DNA of 64,000 bases from Bacilli bacterium (lineage in GTDB: Bacteria; Bacillota_I; Bacilli_A; RFN20; CAG-826): the NCBI GenBank assembly GCA_034185265.1, contig JAXFZD010000017.1, positions 5,757 through 69,756 of the forward strand, given 5' to 3'. This document shows, piece by piece, positions 9,553-18,970 of this stretch (positions within the stretch are counted from its first letter, which is position 1; every line of letters starts with the position of its first letter). A program made the position numbers and the translations under genes. The notes under the pieces were generated by a model. That model saw only the letters and a list, made by a program, of their open reading frames with translations, ran no database searches and was not told the DNA's origin.

Positions 9553-11289
9553 ATGAACAGAACTGATTTTAATGGAAATTTAAGAGCAGCTGATGAAGGA
9601 AAACATGTTGAACTTGTCGGCTGGGTTGCTAATAGAAGAAACCTTGGATCGTTACTTTTTATTGATTTAAGAGATTATAGTGGAATCGTCCAGCTTGTTT
9701 CTTCTTCTCCAGATTCTCTTCCAGAAATTAAAAACGAATATGTAATCGGAGTTAAAGGAATTGTTAGAAAGAAAGAAGTTCCTAATAAGAATTTAGCTAC
9801 TGGAGAAATTGAAGTAGAAATTACTGAACTTAGAGTAATCAACAAGTCCATGCCAACTCCTTTCATAATTGCAGATAAATCAGATGCGTTAGAAGAAACT
9901 AGACTTCCTTATAGATATCTTGATTTAAGAAGACCAGTTTTGCTAAATAATCTTAAAACTAGAGCAAAAATCGTAAAAATCTGGCATGAATACTTAGATT
10001 CTAAGGGATTTATTGAAGTTGAAACTCCAATTCTTAATCTTTCTTCTCCAGAAGGAGCAAGAGATTATTTAGTTCCTTCTAGGGTTCATCCAGGAAGCTT
10101 CTACGCTTTACCTCAATCTCCTCAATTATGGAAACAATTACTTATGGTTGGTGGAATTGAAAGATATTATCAAGTTGCAAAATGCTTTAGAGACGAAGAT
10201 TTACGTGCAGATAGGCAACCTGAATTTACTCAACTTGATTTAGAAGTATCTTTCATGTCTCAAGATGAAATTCTTTCTCTTCAAGAAGGATTCTTAGCGA
10301 GAATATTTAAAGAAATAGTTGGATATGATGTTCAATTACCTTTAAGAAGAATGAAATATTGGGATGCAATGGACATTTATGGATCAGATAAACCTGATAC
10401 TAGATATGGACTTACTTTAGTTGATATAACTGAAATAATGAAGAAATCGACTTTTGAAGGCTTTGCTGAAGCTAAATATATTAAGGCTATCGTTGTTCCT
10501 AATATGGCTTCTCAAACAAGCAGAAAGAACGTTGATGAAGTAGTTGCTGAAGGAAAGAAATTTAAATTAAAAGGCGTCACAGCTCTTAAATATTTGAATA
10601 ATACTTTGGAAGGTTCATTCACTAAATTCTTAAATGAAGAAATAATTGCTGAACTTATTAAGAAACTTAATTTATCCGATAACGACTTAGTGTTATTCTC
10701 TTCATCTTCTTCTAGAAGAGATATTGACTTTGGACTAGGCGCAATAAGAACTATGTACGCTAAGAAATTAGAATTAATTAAAAAAGGTACATATGACTTA
10801 TTGTGGGTTATTGATTTCCCAATGTTTGACTTAGTAGATGAAGAAAAGGGCATCTATGCTGCTGAACATCATCCATTTACTAGACCTAGAGATGAAGATT
10901 TACATTTATTAGACACTAATCCAGAAGAAGTTTTAGCTTACGCTTACGACATTATTATTAATGGATATGAAGCAGGTGGAGGAACTCTACGTATTTATGA
11001 TCATGATACTCAATGGAAGATTTTCAAACTTCTAGGATTATCTGATGAAGACGTTGAAAGAAAATTTGGCTGGTTCATCAATGCATTTAATTATGGCGCG
11101 CCACCTCATGGAGGAATCGCTTTTGGATTAGATAGACTTGCTATGATTTTAGTCGGCAGTGACAACATCAAAGACGTTGAAGCATTCCCTAAAAATCTTC
11201 AAGCAAGCGATCCAATGTCAAAAGCTCCAACTCCAGTTGACCAAGACCAACTTGATGTGCTTAATATACAAGTTAAGCAAGAAAGTTAG
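9553..11289 (+). CDS. aspS: Aspartate--tRNA ligase
   Basis: 578 aa. Motifs FRDEDLRADRQPEFTQLD and GGIAFGLDRL are present. The hisS-aspS pair matches Bacillota. Confidence 0.95.
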   Translation: MNRTDFNGNLRAADEGKHVELVGWVANRRNLGSLLFIDLRDYSGIVQLVSSSPDSLPEIKNEYVIGVKGIVRKKEVPNKNLATGEIEVEITELRVINKSMPTPFIIADKSDALEETRLPYRYLDLRRPVLLNNLKTRAKIVKIWHEYLDSKGFIEVETPILNLSSPEGARDYLVPSRVHPGSFYALPQSPQLWKQLLMVGGIERYYQVAKCFRDEDLRADRQPEFTQLDLEVSFMSQDEILSLQEGFLARIFKEIVGYDVQLPLRRMKYWDAMDIYGSDKPDTRYGLTLVDITEIMKKSTFEGFAEAKYIKAIVVPNMASQTSRKNVDEVVAEGKKFKLKGVTALKYLNNTLEGSFTKFLNEEIIAELIKKLNLSDNDLVLFSSSSSRRDIDFGLGAIRTMYAKKLELIKKGTYDLLWVIDFPMFDLVDEEKGIYAAEHHPFTRPRDEDLHLLDTNPEEVLAYAYDIIINGYEAGGGTLRIYDHDTQWKIFKLLGLSDEDVERKFGWFINAFNYGAPPHGGIAFGLDRLAMILVGSDNIKDVEAFPKNLQASDPMSKAPTPVDQDQLDVLNIQVKQES

Positions 11290-11293
11290 TATC

Positions 11294-11314
11294 TATCGAT
11301 ATAATAACTACTAA
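11294..11314 (+). repeat. Copy of the TATCGATATAA-N3-CTACTAA intergenic element
   Basis: TATCGATATAATAACTACTAA matches 27755-27775 at 19 of 21 positions. It lies between aspS and tkt. Confidence 0.5.
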
Positions 11315-11347
11315 AAATATACTTTATAATTACTAGGAGATTACTAT

Positions 11348-13477
11348 ATGAGCAAACAGATGAGTAAAAAAGAAAAAGAAAAATTAGTTTCAGGAGCAAT
11401 AAGAAGTTTAGTTATTGATCAGACTAATCAAGCAAACTCTGGACACCCAGGAATGGCTTTAGATTCCGCAAATATCTTATATGCCTTATATAGAGATCAC
11501 TTAGTTGCATCTCCAAGTCATCCAGAATGGATAAATAGAGATAGACTTGTTTATTCTTGCGGTCATACATCTGCTTTAGTCTACGCAATGCTTCATTTAT
11601 GCGGATATGAATTAAGCATGGATGACCTAAAATCATTTAGACAACTAGGAAGTAAGACTCCAGGACACCCAGAAATCTCTTTAACTAAAGGAATTGATGC
11701 TTCTAGCGGACCATTAGGTCAAGGAATTGCTCAAGCTTTAGGAATGGCAATCGCTGAAAAGCATTTAGAAGCTAAATATCCTGAAGGAAAGAAGATAATG
11801 AACCATTATACCTACTGTATATGTGGGGATGGTTGCCTTGAAGAAGGTATTTCTCAAGAAGCAATTTCTCTTGCAGGACATCTTAGATTAAATAAATTCA
11901 TTCTTATTTATGATGAAAATGGCTCAACTTTAGATGGACCAACTTCAAATTCTTTAACTGAAAACATGGAGCTTAGATTCTTAGCTTCTGAATGGTTAAC
12001 TATCAAAGTTAAAGATGGAAATAACATAAATGAAATCTCTAGAGCTATTAAAAAAGCTAAGAAATCAGCTTATCCAACATTAATTATTGTTAAAACTAAG
12101 ATTGGATATGGAACTGTCTTAGAAGGCTCTAATAAAGTACACGGGTCTCCTTTAGGAGAAGAAAATGGAGCAAAAGCAAAAGAAGTTTATGGATATAATC
12201 ATCCTAAATTCACTGTTCCTGCTGAAGTTTATGAAGAATTTAAACAAACATTTATCGCTAGAGGAGAAGAGGCTTATAAAGCTCATATTGTTGAATTAAA
12301 TAAATATAGAAACTCTCATCCTTCTGAATATAAAGTTTTCATGGATTCTTTTGATAGGAACGTTGATCCTTACTTAGAAAATATCTCTATTGAGCTTAAA
12401 GATGAAGCAAGTAGAGAATCTAGTGGAAGAATGTTAGAAGCTTTAACTAAAAATGTTCCATTTATGTTTGGAGGAAGCGCTGATGTGGCTTCTTCAACAA
12501 AGACTAATGTAAAAGGTCTTAAAGATTTCTCTTCTTTAACTCCAGAAGGAAACAACATGAACTGGGGAATTAGAGAATTTGTTATGGCTGCTGCCAATAA
12601 TGGAATTCTTCTCCACGGCGGATTAGTTACCTATGAAGGATTATTTTTAATTTTCGCTGATTATATGAAACCAGCTATAAGAATGGGCGCAATAGAAGAT
12701 CTTCCTGCAATTTATGTATTTACTCACGATTCGATTTCAGTAGGAGAAGATGGCTTAACTCATGAACCAATCGAGCAAATTGCTTCTTTACGTTCAATTC
12801 CTAACTTTATTGATATTCGTCCAGCAGATAATAAAGAAACTATCGGAGCTTATAAATTAGCTTTAAAAGAGAAAAAGTCCCCGATTGGTCTTATTCTTTC
12901 TAGACAAAAACTTCCTTTATTAGATGAAACCGATGAAAAGAAAGTTCAATTTGGCGCTTATAAAGTTAGGGAACATAAAGATGATAAATATTTAATTATC
13001 GCTACAGGAAGCGAAGTTAACTTAGCTTTAGAAGCTGCAAAAAGAATAGAAGAAGAAAGAAATATCCATGTTGGAGTAGTTTCTATGCCTTCTATGAATT
13101 TATTTGAAAAGCAAAGCGAAGAATATAAGAAGCTTGTTCTTTCTTTACCTAGAGAAAAGACAATTTCTTTAGAAATGGCCGCAACTTTTGGCTGGGAAAG
13201 ATATGCTAAATTTAATTTAGGAATCAATTCTTTCGGCGCTAGTGGAAAAGAAAAAGATGTTCTTAAATATTTCGGATTTGATCTAGATGGAACTACGAAG
13301 AAGTTACTTGACATAATTGATCACGATAATGAAGAAATTAAACCAGCAAAAGTTGAATCTAAGAAAGAAGAAAAGCCTTTAGAAACTGCTAAAGTTGAAG
13401 AAAAACCTCTTAAAGAAGAAAAGAAAGAAAAGAAACCATATAGAATTCTTTTAGTAAAAAGAGAAGAACAAATCTAA
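11348..13477 (+). CDS. tkt: Transketolase with a roughly 50-aa Lys/Glu-rich C-terminal extension
   Basis: 709 aa. Motifs GHPGMALDSANILYAL and GDGCLEEGISQEA are present. An AGGAG SD is present. Confidence 0.9.
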   Translation: MSKQMSKKEKEKLVSGAIRSLVIDQTNQANSGHPGMALDSANILYALYRDHLVASPSHPEWINRDRLVYSCGHTSALVYAMLHLCGYELSMDDLKSFRQLGSKTPGHPEISLTKGIDASSGPLGQGIAQALGMAIAEKHLEAKYPEGKKIMNHYTYCICGDGCLEEGISQEAISLAGHLRLNKFILIYDENGSTLDGPTSNSLTENMELRFLASEWLTIKVKDGNNINEISRAIKKAKKSAYPTLIIVKTKIGYGTVLEGSNKVHGSPLGEENGAKAKEVYGYNHPKFTVPAEVYEEFKQTFIARGEEAYKAHIVELNKYRNSHPSEYKVFMDSFDRNVDPYLENISIELKDEASRESSGRMLEALTKNVPFMFGGSADVASSTKTNVKGLKDFSSLTPEGNNMNWGIREFVMAAANNGILLHGGLVTYEGLFLIFADYMKPAIRMGAIEDLPAIYVFTHDSISVGEDGLTHEPIEQIASLRSIPNFIDIRPADNKETIGAYKLALKEKKSPIGLILSRQKLPLLDETDEKKVQFGAYKVREHKDDKYLIIATGSEVNLALEAAKRIEEERNIHVGVVSMPSMNLFEKQSEEYKKLVLSLPREKTISLEMAATFGWERYAKFNLGINSFGASGKEKDVLKYFGFDLDGTTKKLLDIIDHDNEEIKPAKVESKKEEKPLETAKVEEKPLKEEKKEKKPYRILLVKREEQI

Positions 13478-13538
13478 CTTTTTTCTCTTTTAAGAGAAGA
13501 TTTGAGCAAGAGATTGTTCAATTATTAAAATAATTGGG

Positions 13539-13544
13539 TATAAT
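13539..13544 (+). promoter_or_regulatory. -10 box TATAAT exactly 6 nt before ATG 13551 (leaderless-type promoter)
   Basis: The sequence reads gggTATAATaactttATG. There is no Shine-Dalgarno sequence. Confidence 0.45.
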
Positions 13545-13550
13545 AACTTT

Positions 13551-13913
13551 ATGTCATTAAAAAATTACATGATAATTAATAACTACACAGGTCTAGGAAC
13601 TTTAGCTATTTCTAGAACTGCTTTAACTACGATTGTTGAAAAGTCAATCAAGTCAATGGAAGGCGCTGTTCTTACTGAAAAGAAAAAGAAAAGAGTTCCT
13701 TCTCCATTAGATAGATTCTCTTTAAATGACCCAGCAAAAGTAGTTTTTACAGCAGAAGGAAAACTTTTAATTAAATTAAATGTTTCTATCTTTGCTGGAA
13801 ATAATGTATCTGATACATGCTTAAATATTCAAAAAGAGATTTCCAATAATCTTCTCTACATGTGCGATACAATCCCATGTGAAATAAAAGTTCACGTAGA
13901 TAAAATCATTTAG
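13551..13913 (+). CDS. Asp23/Gls24-family (alkaline shock protein-like) protein
   Basis: 120 aa. It sits immediately upstream of nusB, like Bacillus yqhY. The family call rests on size and synteny plus weak sequence recognition. Confidence 0.55.
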   Translation: MSLKNYMIINNYTGLGTLAISRTALTTIVEKSIKSMEGAVLTEKKKKRVPSPLDRFSLNDPAKVVFTAEGKLLIKLNVSIFAGNNVSDTCLNIQKEISNNLLYMCDTIPCEIKVHVDKII

Positions 13914-13962
13914 TTGACATCAGCTAAATTTAACTTAAAAACACTTAAAAAAATTGATCTTT

Positions 13963-14409
13963 ATGCAAAACAACATTGAAAACGAACTAGAAAACGAATT
14001 ATCTTCACGTAATTCTTTACAGAAAATAGCGTTGTTTTGCTTATACGATATTTTGGTTTATAAAGAAGTAGATAAAGAAATTGATGTAGTTGACATCATC
14101 TCTTCTTTGTGCGAATGTGGCTATGATGAGGCTCCTATTTTTGTAAAAAGTATCGTAATTAACGCTTTAAAACATTTTGAATATGAAATAAAAACTATTG
14201 AACCATTCTTGACTAAATGGTCATTTTTTAGACTAAATAGACTAGCTCAAGCTATTTTACTTCTTTCTTTTACTCATTTTTTCTATGTAGAAGAAGATGT
14301 AAACAAGAGAATTGTTATAAATATTGCTGTTAAATTTGCTAAATTATATTTAGATGCCAACGACTATAAATACATTAACGCTGTCTTAGATAAAGTTTTA
14401 GTTAGGTAA
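13963..14409 (+). CDS. nusB: Transcription antitermination factor NusB
   Basis: The C-terminal motif YKYINAVLDKVL is present. The gene sits between the asp23-like gene and xseA. ATG 13963 is preferred over the TTG 13954 used by the ORF track. Confidence 0.7.
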   Translation: MQNNIENELENELSSRNSLQKIALFCLYDILVYKEVDKEIDVVDIISSLCECGYDEAPIFVKSIVINALKHFEYEIKTIEPFLTKWSFFRLNRLAQAILLLSFTHFFYVEEDVNKRIVINIAVKFAKLYLDANDYKYINAVLDKVLVR

Positions 14410-14413
14410 AAGA

Positions 14414-15619
14414 ATGAACAAAGACAAATTATTTACTGTCTCTACTTTAAACTCTCTTTTAAAACTAGAAATCGAATCGAACTCTCTTTTTCAAGGAATC
14501 TCCTTAAAAGGAGAGATTTCTTCTTTTAAAGCATATCCTAATGGGAATATTTATCTCTCGATAAAAGATGCAACTTCTTCGATAAATGCTGTATTTTGGT
14601 CTTCTTATTCTTCTAGACTAAAGTTTGTCCCTAAAATTGGAGATGAAGTTATAGTTTACGGAGGAATAAGCGTTTTTCAAAATAAAGGAACTTATCAATT
14701 TAATATCTTTTCGATGGAACTTGCTGGAAAAGGAGATCAGCTAGAAGCTTTAAAAGCTTTATATGAAAAGCTTAAAGCTGAAGGACTGTTTGATGAAGAA
14801 AATAAGCTTCCAATCCCATCTTTTCCTAGAAGAATTGGCGTAATAGCTGGAGAAAATAGCGCTGGAATGAAGGATATTGTTCACAATATTTCTTTAAGAA
14901 ATCCTTTGGTAGAGCTTTTTGTTTTTCCTTCTTTAGTCCAAGGAGTGAATGCCCCTAAAGATCTTCTTAGAGCCTTAGAATTTGCTAAAAAATGTTCTTT
15001 AGATGTTCTAATTATAGGAAGAGGCGGAGGAAGTAATGAAGATTTATCTGCATTTAACGATGAAACTTTAGTTAGAGCTCTTGCGGCTAGTAAACTTCCT
15101 ATAGTTTCTGCTGTAGGACACGAAATTGATACGACATTATGTGATTTAGTCGCTTCTAAAAGAGTTTCAACCCCAACAGCAGCCGCAGTTTTAGTAACAA
15201 TAGATCAAAATGAACTATTCTCTAGCTTTGACGAATATTCTCAAAGATTAAATTATTTAATTGGTAAGCATTTATCTAATCTTAGTGAGCAACTCAATAG
15301 TTTTAAATCTCGTCCATGCTTAAGTCGATATGATCATCAACTTACTGTAGGAAAAGATGCATTAGATTCGATTAAATCTAACTTTTTAAACGTTTTCTCA
15401 TCTTATTTTAACGAAAAAATTTCCTCATTTAATCTATATAAAGAGAAGTTAAATACTCTTTCTCCATATAATGTTTTAAATAGAGGTTATTCGCTTTTAG
15501 AAAATGAAGATGGTAAGATTATTTCTTCTATTGAAGAAATTAATGTAGGGGAAGAAGTGAAAACACATCTTCATAATGGTATAATTTATTCTAGAGTTAG
15601 TAAAAAGGAGTCCAAATAA
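14414..15619 (+). CDS. xseA: Exodeoxyribonuclease VII large subunit
   Basis: 401 aa with an N-terminal OB fold and a catalytic core. Its stop overlaps the xseB start (TAATG). Confidence 0.9.
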   Translation: MNKDKLFTVSTLNSLLKLEIESNSLFQGISLKGEISSFKAYPNGNIYLSIKDATSSINAVFWSSYSSRLKFVPKIGDEVIVYGGISVFQNKGTYQFNIFSMELAGKGDQLEALKALYEKLKAEGLFDEENKLPIPSFPRRIGVIAGENSAGMKDIVHNISLRNPLVELFVFPSLVQGVNAPKDLLRALEFAKKCSLDVLIIGRGGGSNEDLSAFNDETLVRALAASKLPIVSAVGHEIDTTLCDLVASKRVSTPTAAAVLVTIDQNELFSSFDEYSQRLNYLIGKHLSNLSEQLNSFKSRPCLSRYDHQLTVGKDALDSIKSNFLNVFSSYFNEKISSFNLYKEKLNTLSPYNVLNRGYSLLENEDGKIISSIEEINVGEEVKTHLHNGIIYSRVSKKESK

Positions 15620-15825
15620 TGGCAGATACATCTAATATTTCTTTTGAAAACAAAATTGAAAGAGTTAAAGAGATCGTTGATAAAATGGAAAACGAAACTC
15701 TTCCTTTAAACGAGTCTGTTTCGTTATTTGAAGAAGGGCAAAAGCTTCTTAAAGAACTTGAAGAAGAACTTAAAAAAGCTGAAATTAAAATTAAGACAAT
15801 TAAAGAAGAAAAAGATATCGAATAG
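15619..15825 (+). CDS. xseB: Exodeoxyribonuclease VII small subunit
   Basis: 68 aa, coiled-coil protein. It is translationally coupled to xseA. Confidence 0.85.
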   Translation: MADTSNISFENKIERVKEIVDKMENETLPLNESVSLFEEGQKLLKELEEELKKAEIKIKTIKEEKDIE

Positions 15826-15843
15826 TAAGAATAAAGTAAAATA

Positions 15844-15861
15844 TTAGTAGAAAGTTAGTCG
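15844..15861 (+). repeat. Tandem TTAGTAG-AAAG-TTAGTCG (11-nt period)
   Basis: Direct heptad repeat ending 4 nt before the dxs ATG. No SD is present there. Confidence 0.45.
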
Positions 15862-15865
15862 AAAA

Positions 15866-17755
15866 ATGTCCGATAAAATCAAAAGAATTAATGTAAAAGA
15901 GATTGAGAACCCGACATTTTTAAAAACGCTCTCTTATCCATCAATTAAGCTTCTTTGTCATGACATTAGACATGAAATAATTGATGCTTGCAGCCAATAT
16001 GGCGGACATCTTTCTAGTAACTTAGGCGTAGTTGAATTAACTGTTGCCTTACATAGAGTTTTTGACTTTAACAAAGATAAATTAATCTTTGATGTTGGCC
16101 ACCAATCTTATGTTCATAAGATTTTAACAGGTCGCTCTTTAACAAAAATAAAGCAAAGAGGTTATATTTCTGGATTCCAAAAACGCAGTGAATCTATTTA
16201 TGATCCTTATGAAGCAGGGCATTCTTCAACTTCAATTTCTGCCGCTCAAGGATTTGCCTTAGTTAGAGATTTAAAGAAAGAAAACTTCGATGTAATCGCA
16301 CTTATTGGGGATTCTTCCATAGTTAACGGTTTAGCTTTTGAAGCTTTGAATTCCATTACAGAAACACATTCTAAAGTAATAATTGTCCTTAATGACAACG
16401 GAATGAGCATCTCTAAACCTGTTGGAGGAATTGGAAAGTTCTTTAGAAAAGTTTCCCTAGATAAAGCCTATAGAAAATTTAAAAAAGGATACAAAAGAGT
16501 TCTCTATAGAGGAACTTTGGGAAAGAAATTTGTCGATTTTACATCTTCATTTAAGAACGCATTAAAGCGTAGATTAGTTCCTGTTACCATGTTTGATAAC
16601 ATGGGTTATACATATTTAGGCCCAATTGATGGACACGATATAAAAGCTCTTGAAAAAGTCTTTAAAAAAGCAAAAACATACGATAAATCCACAATTATTC
16701 ATGTTAAGACAATAAAAGGAAAAGGTTATAAATACGCTGAACTTGATACAGCAGGATATTGGCACGGGGTAACTCCTTTTGATATTGAAACTGGTAGACC
16801 AAAGAAATACCATCCAGGTTTAATTTCTTGGAGTCATTACATTTCTGATCTAACTAGATTAATGATGAAAGAACATCAAAATTCTTTCTTAATTGTTCCT
16901 GCAACCCAAAAAGGAGCTGGACTAGGTCAATGTTTACAAGAATTCCCAGAAAGATGTATTGATGTAGGCATTTCTGAAGAACACGCTCTTACTCTTGCTG
17001 GCGCTATTGCTTTGAACAATATGCACCCAATTGTTTCGATATATTCGACATTTTTACAAAGAGCATACGACGAACTTTCTCATGACTGCGCTAGAATGGA
17101 TGTCAGCATGACAATTTTAATAGAAAGAGCTGGACTCGTTGGGGGAGATGGAGAAACTCATCAAGGAATTTATGATGAAGCTTACTTAAAATCTATTCCA
17201 AATATCATTTTAACTATGCCTTCGACTAAAGAAATTGCTTATTCATTGTACCAACAATCTTTTGCTCATCATGGAATATTCGCTATTAGATTCCCAAGAG
17301 ATTTTGTCCAAGAAAGAGAAGATTATCACCCAATTCCTTTACCTTATTTAAGATGGAGATGGGCGAATATTACTAAGAAAAAAGATTTAGCAATCATTTC
17401 AGTTGGTCCTCATGCAAATGAACTAGAAAAACTATTAAGAAAAGAGGGAGTTGAAGCTGAAGTTATCGATCCAGTCTATATTTTCCCAATTTTAAAAGAC
17501 AATTTAATTCTCTTACTTTCTTATAAAAACATCCTTATTTATGATGCTTATGCAACTAAAAACGGCTTTGCTGAATCAATTTTATCTGAATTAATGCTTC
17601 TTTCTTATAAAGGAAGTGTTTTTGTTAGAGCAATCCCAAATATGTTTGTTTCTCAAGGAACTATAGTTGAACAAGAACAAGAATTCGGATTACGCCCAGA
17701 ACAAATCTTAGTTAAAGCTAAAGAAATATTAGAAAATACCAAAAAAGTTAAATAA
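15866..17755 (+). CDS. dxs: 1-deoxy-D-xylulose-5-phosphate synthase
   Basis: 629 aa. Motif GHLSSNLGVVELTVALH and the TPP motif GDSSIVNGLAFEALN...LNDNGMS are present. The xseAB-dxs synteny is conserved. Confidence 0.9.
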   Translation: MSDKIKRINVKEIENPTFLKTLSYPSIKLLCHDIRHEIIDACSQYGGHLSSNLGVVELTVALHRVFDFNKDKLIFDVGHQSYVHKILTGRSLTKIKQRGYISGFQKRSESIYDPYEAGHSSTSISAAQGFALVRDLKKENFDVIALIGDSSIVNGLAFEALNSITETHSKVIIVLNDNGMSISKPVGGIGKFFRKVSLDKAYRKFKKGYKRVLYRGTLGKKFVDFTSSFKNALKRRLVPVTMFDNMGYTYLGPIDGHDIKALEKVFKKAKTYDKSTIIHVKTIKGKGYKYAELDTAGYWHGVTPFDIETGRPKKYHPGLISWSHYISDLTRLMMKEHQNSFLIVPATQKGAGLGQCLQEFPERCIDVGISEEHALTLAGAIALNNMHPIVSIYSTFLQRAYDELSHDCARMDVSMTILIERAGLVGGDGETHQGIYDEAYLKSIPNIILTMPSTKEIAYSLYQQSFAHHGIFAIRFPRDFVQEREDYHPIPLPYLRWRWANITKKKDLAIISVGPHANELEKLLRKEGVEAEVIDPVYIFPILKDNLILLLSYKNILIYDAYATKNGFAESILSELMLLSYKGSVFVRAIPNMFVSQGTIVEQEQEFGLRPEQILVKAKEILENTKKVK

Positions 17756-17774
17756 TTATCGAAATATTTTTTAT

Positions 17775-17790
17775 TTTTGTTAACATAATA
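17775..17790. promoter_or_regulatory. Exact 16-mer TTTTGTTAACATAATA shared with the XerD arm of the dif candidate; it covers the dinB -10-like CATAAT
   Basis: Identical to 24124-24139. CATAAT at 17784-17789 lies 5 nt before ATG 17795. Confidence 0.45.
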
Positions 17791-17794
17791 TTGT

Positions 17795-18970
17795 ATGACT
17801 AGAATAATCATGCATATTGATTTGGATGCCTTTTTTGCTAGATGCGAAGAAATTAAAAATCCTTCTTATGAAAAGGTTCCTTTAGCAATTGGAACTAGAG
17901 GAAGAAGCGGGATTATTTCAACTAGCAACTATGAAGCTAGAAAATATGGAGTTAGATCAGGTCAACCAACATTTTTAGCAGATAGAAATTGTCCTTCTTT
18001 AGTTTTAGTTCCTCCAGATTTTTCTTTTTATAAGAAAATGTCTGATAAATTCTTTAAATTTATATCTTCTTTTACAAAAGAAATAGAAAAAGTTTCGATA
18101 GATGAATGCTTTTGTGACGTAACTTCTTTACTTTATAATCATAAATCTCCCATGGAATTTCTTTCTTCATTACAGAAAAAACTATTCGAATTAACTTCTT
18201 TAAAATGTTCAATAGGGGTTGCTCCAACTAAATGGCTAGCCAAAATGTCTTCTGAAATAAAAAAGCCAATGGGAATCACAATTTGTAGAAGAAAAGATAT
18301 TCCTAATATTATTTATCCGCTCCCAATAGAATCTTTCTGGGGAATAGGAAAGAAAACTTCTCCTAAACTCAGAAACTATGGAATAAACACAATCGGAGAG
18401 TTAGCTACTGCAATAGAACAAAATGATCCTTTAGTCTCTAATTTATTAGGTAAATTTTATTTTACAGTCAGAGAATGGATTAAAGGATATGGAGAAGACC
18501 AAATAAATAAGGAACCTTTTGACCCTAAATCTATTGGAAATCAAGAAACTTTGATGGAAAATTCTACAACTTTTGATCAAATAGAAGAGACTTTATATAG
18601 ACTTGCTGAAGAAGTTTCTTCTAGAGCTAAGTCTTCTAAAAAAGTAGGAAAAACTCTTTCAGTTGTAGTTAAAGATACATCTTTCCATCTTCATTCAAAA
18701 AACGTTAGCTTACTTTCTCCAACTAACGATTTCTCGACTATTTTCTCTAAAGCCTCCTCGATATATAGACAATATTTTGAAGGACAAGAGATTAGATTAA
18801 TCGGAATAACCCTAGAAAGACTTGAAAATATAAATAAAGAAGAAGCCCAAATGTCTATCTGGAATTATGAAGAATATGAAAAGAAAGATAAAACAAATAT
18901 TCTGATTAATTCTTTAAACAAGAAATTAAAGAAGAATTCATTAAAAAGAGCGAGTGAGATTAAAAAATGA
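17795..18970 (+). CDS. dinB: DNA polymerase IV (Y-family)
   Basis: 391 aa. Motifs IMHIDLDAFFARCEE and SIDECFCDVT are present. It ends in TGA, overlapping the xerD start (ATGA). Confidence 0.9.
   Translation: MTRIIMHIDLDAFFARCEEIKNPSYEKVPLAIGTRGRSGIISTSNYEARKYGVRSGQPTFLADRNCPSLVLVPPDFSFYKKMSDKFFKFISSFTKEIEKVSIDECFCDVTSLLYNHKSPMEFLSSLQKKLFELTSLKCSIGVAPTKWLAKMSSEIKKPMGITICRRKDIPNIIYPLPIESFWGIGKKTSPKLRNYGINTIGELATAIEQNDPLVSNLLGKFYFTVREWIKGYGEDQINKEPFDPKSIGNQETLMENSTTFDQIEETLYRLAEEVSSRAKSSKKVGKTLSVVVKDTSFHLHSKNVSLLSPTNDFSTIFSKASSIYRQYFEGQEIRLIGITLERLENINKEEAQMSIWNYEEYEKKDKTNILINSLNKKLKKNSLKRASEIKK

Noticed and set aside
17756-17794. LexA/Cheo SOS box upstream of dinB.
   Set aside because: No GAAC-N4-GTTC motif is present. 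The palindrome TGTTAACA there is better explained by the shared dif XerD-arm 16-mer.
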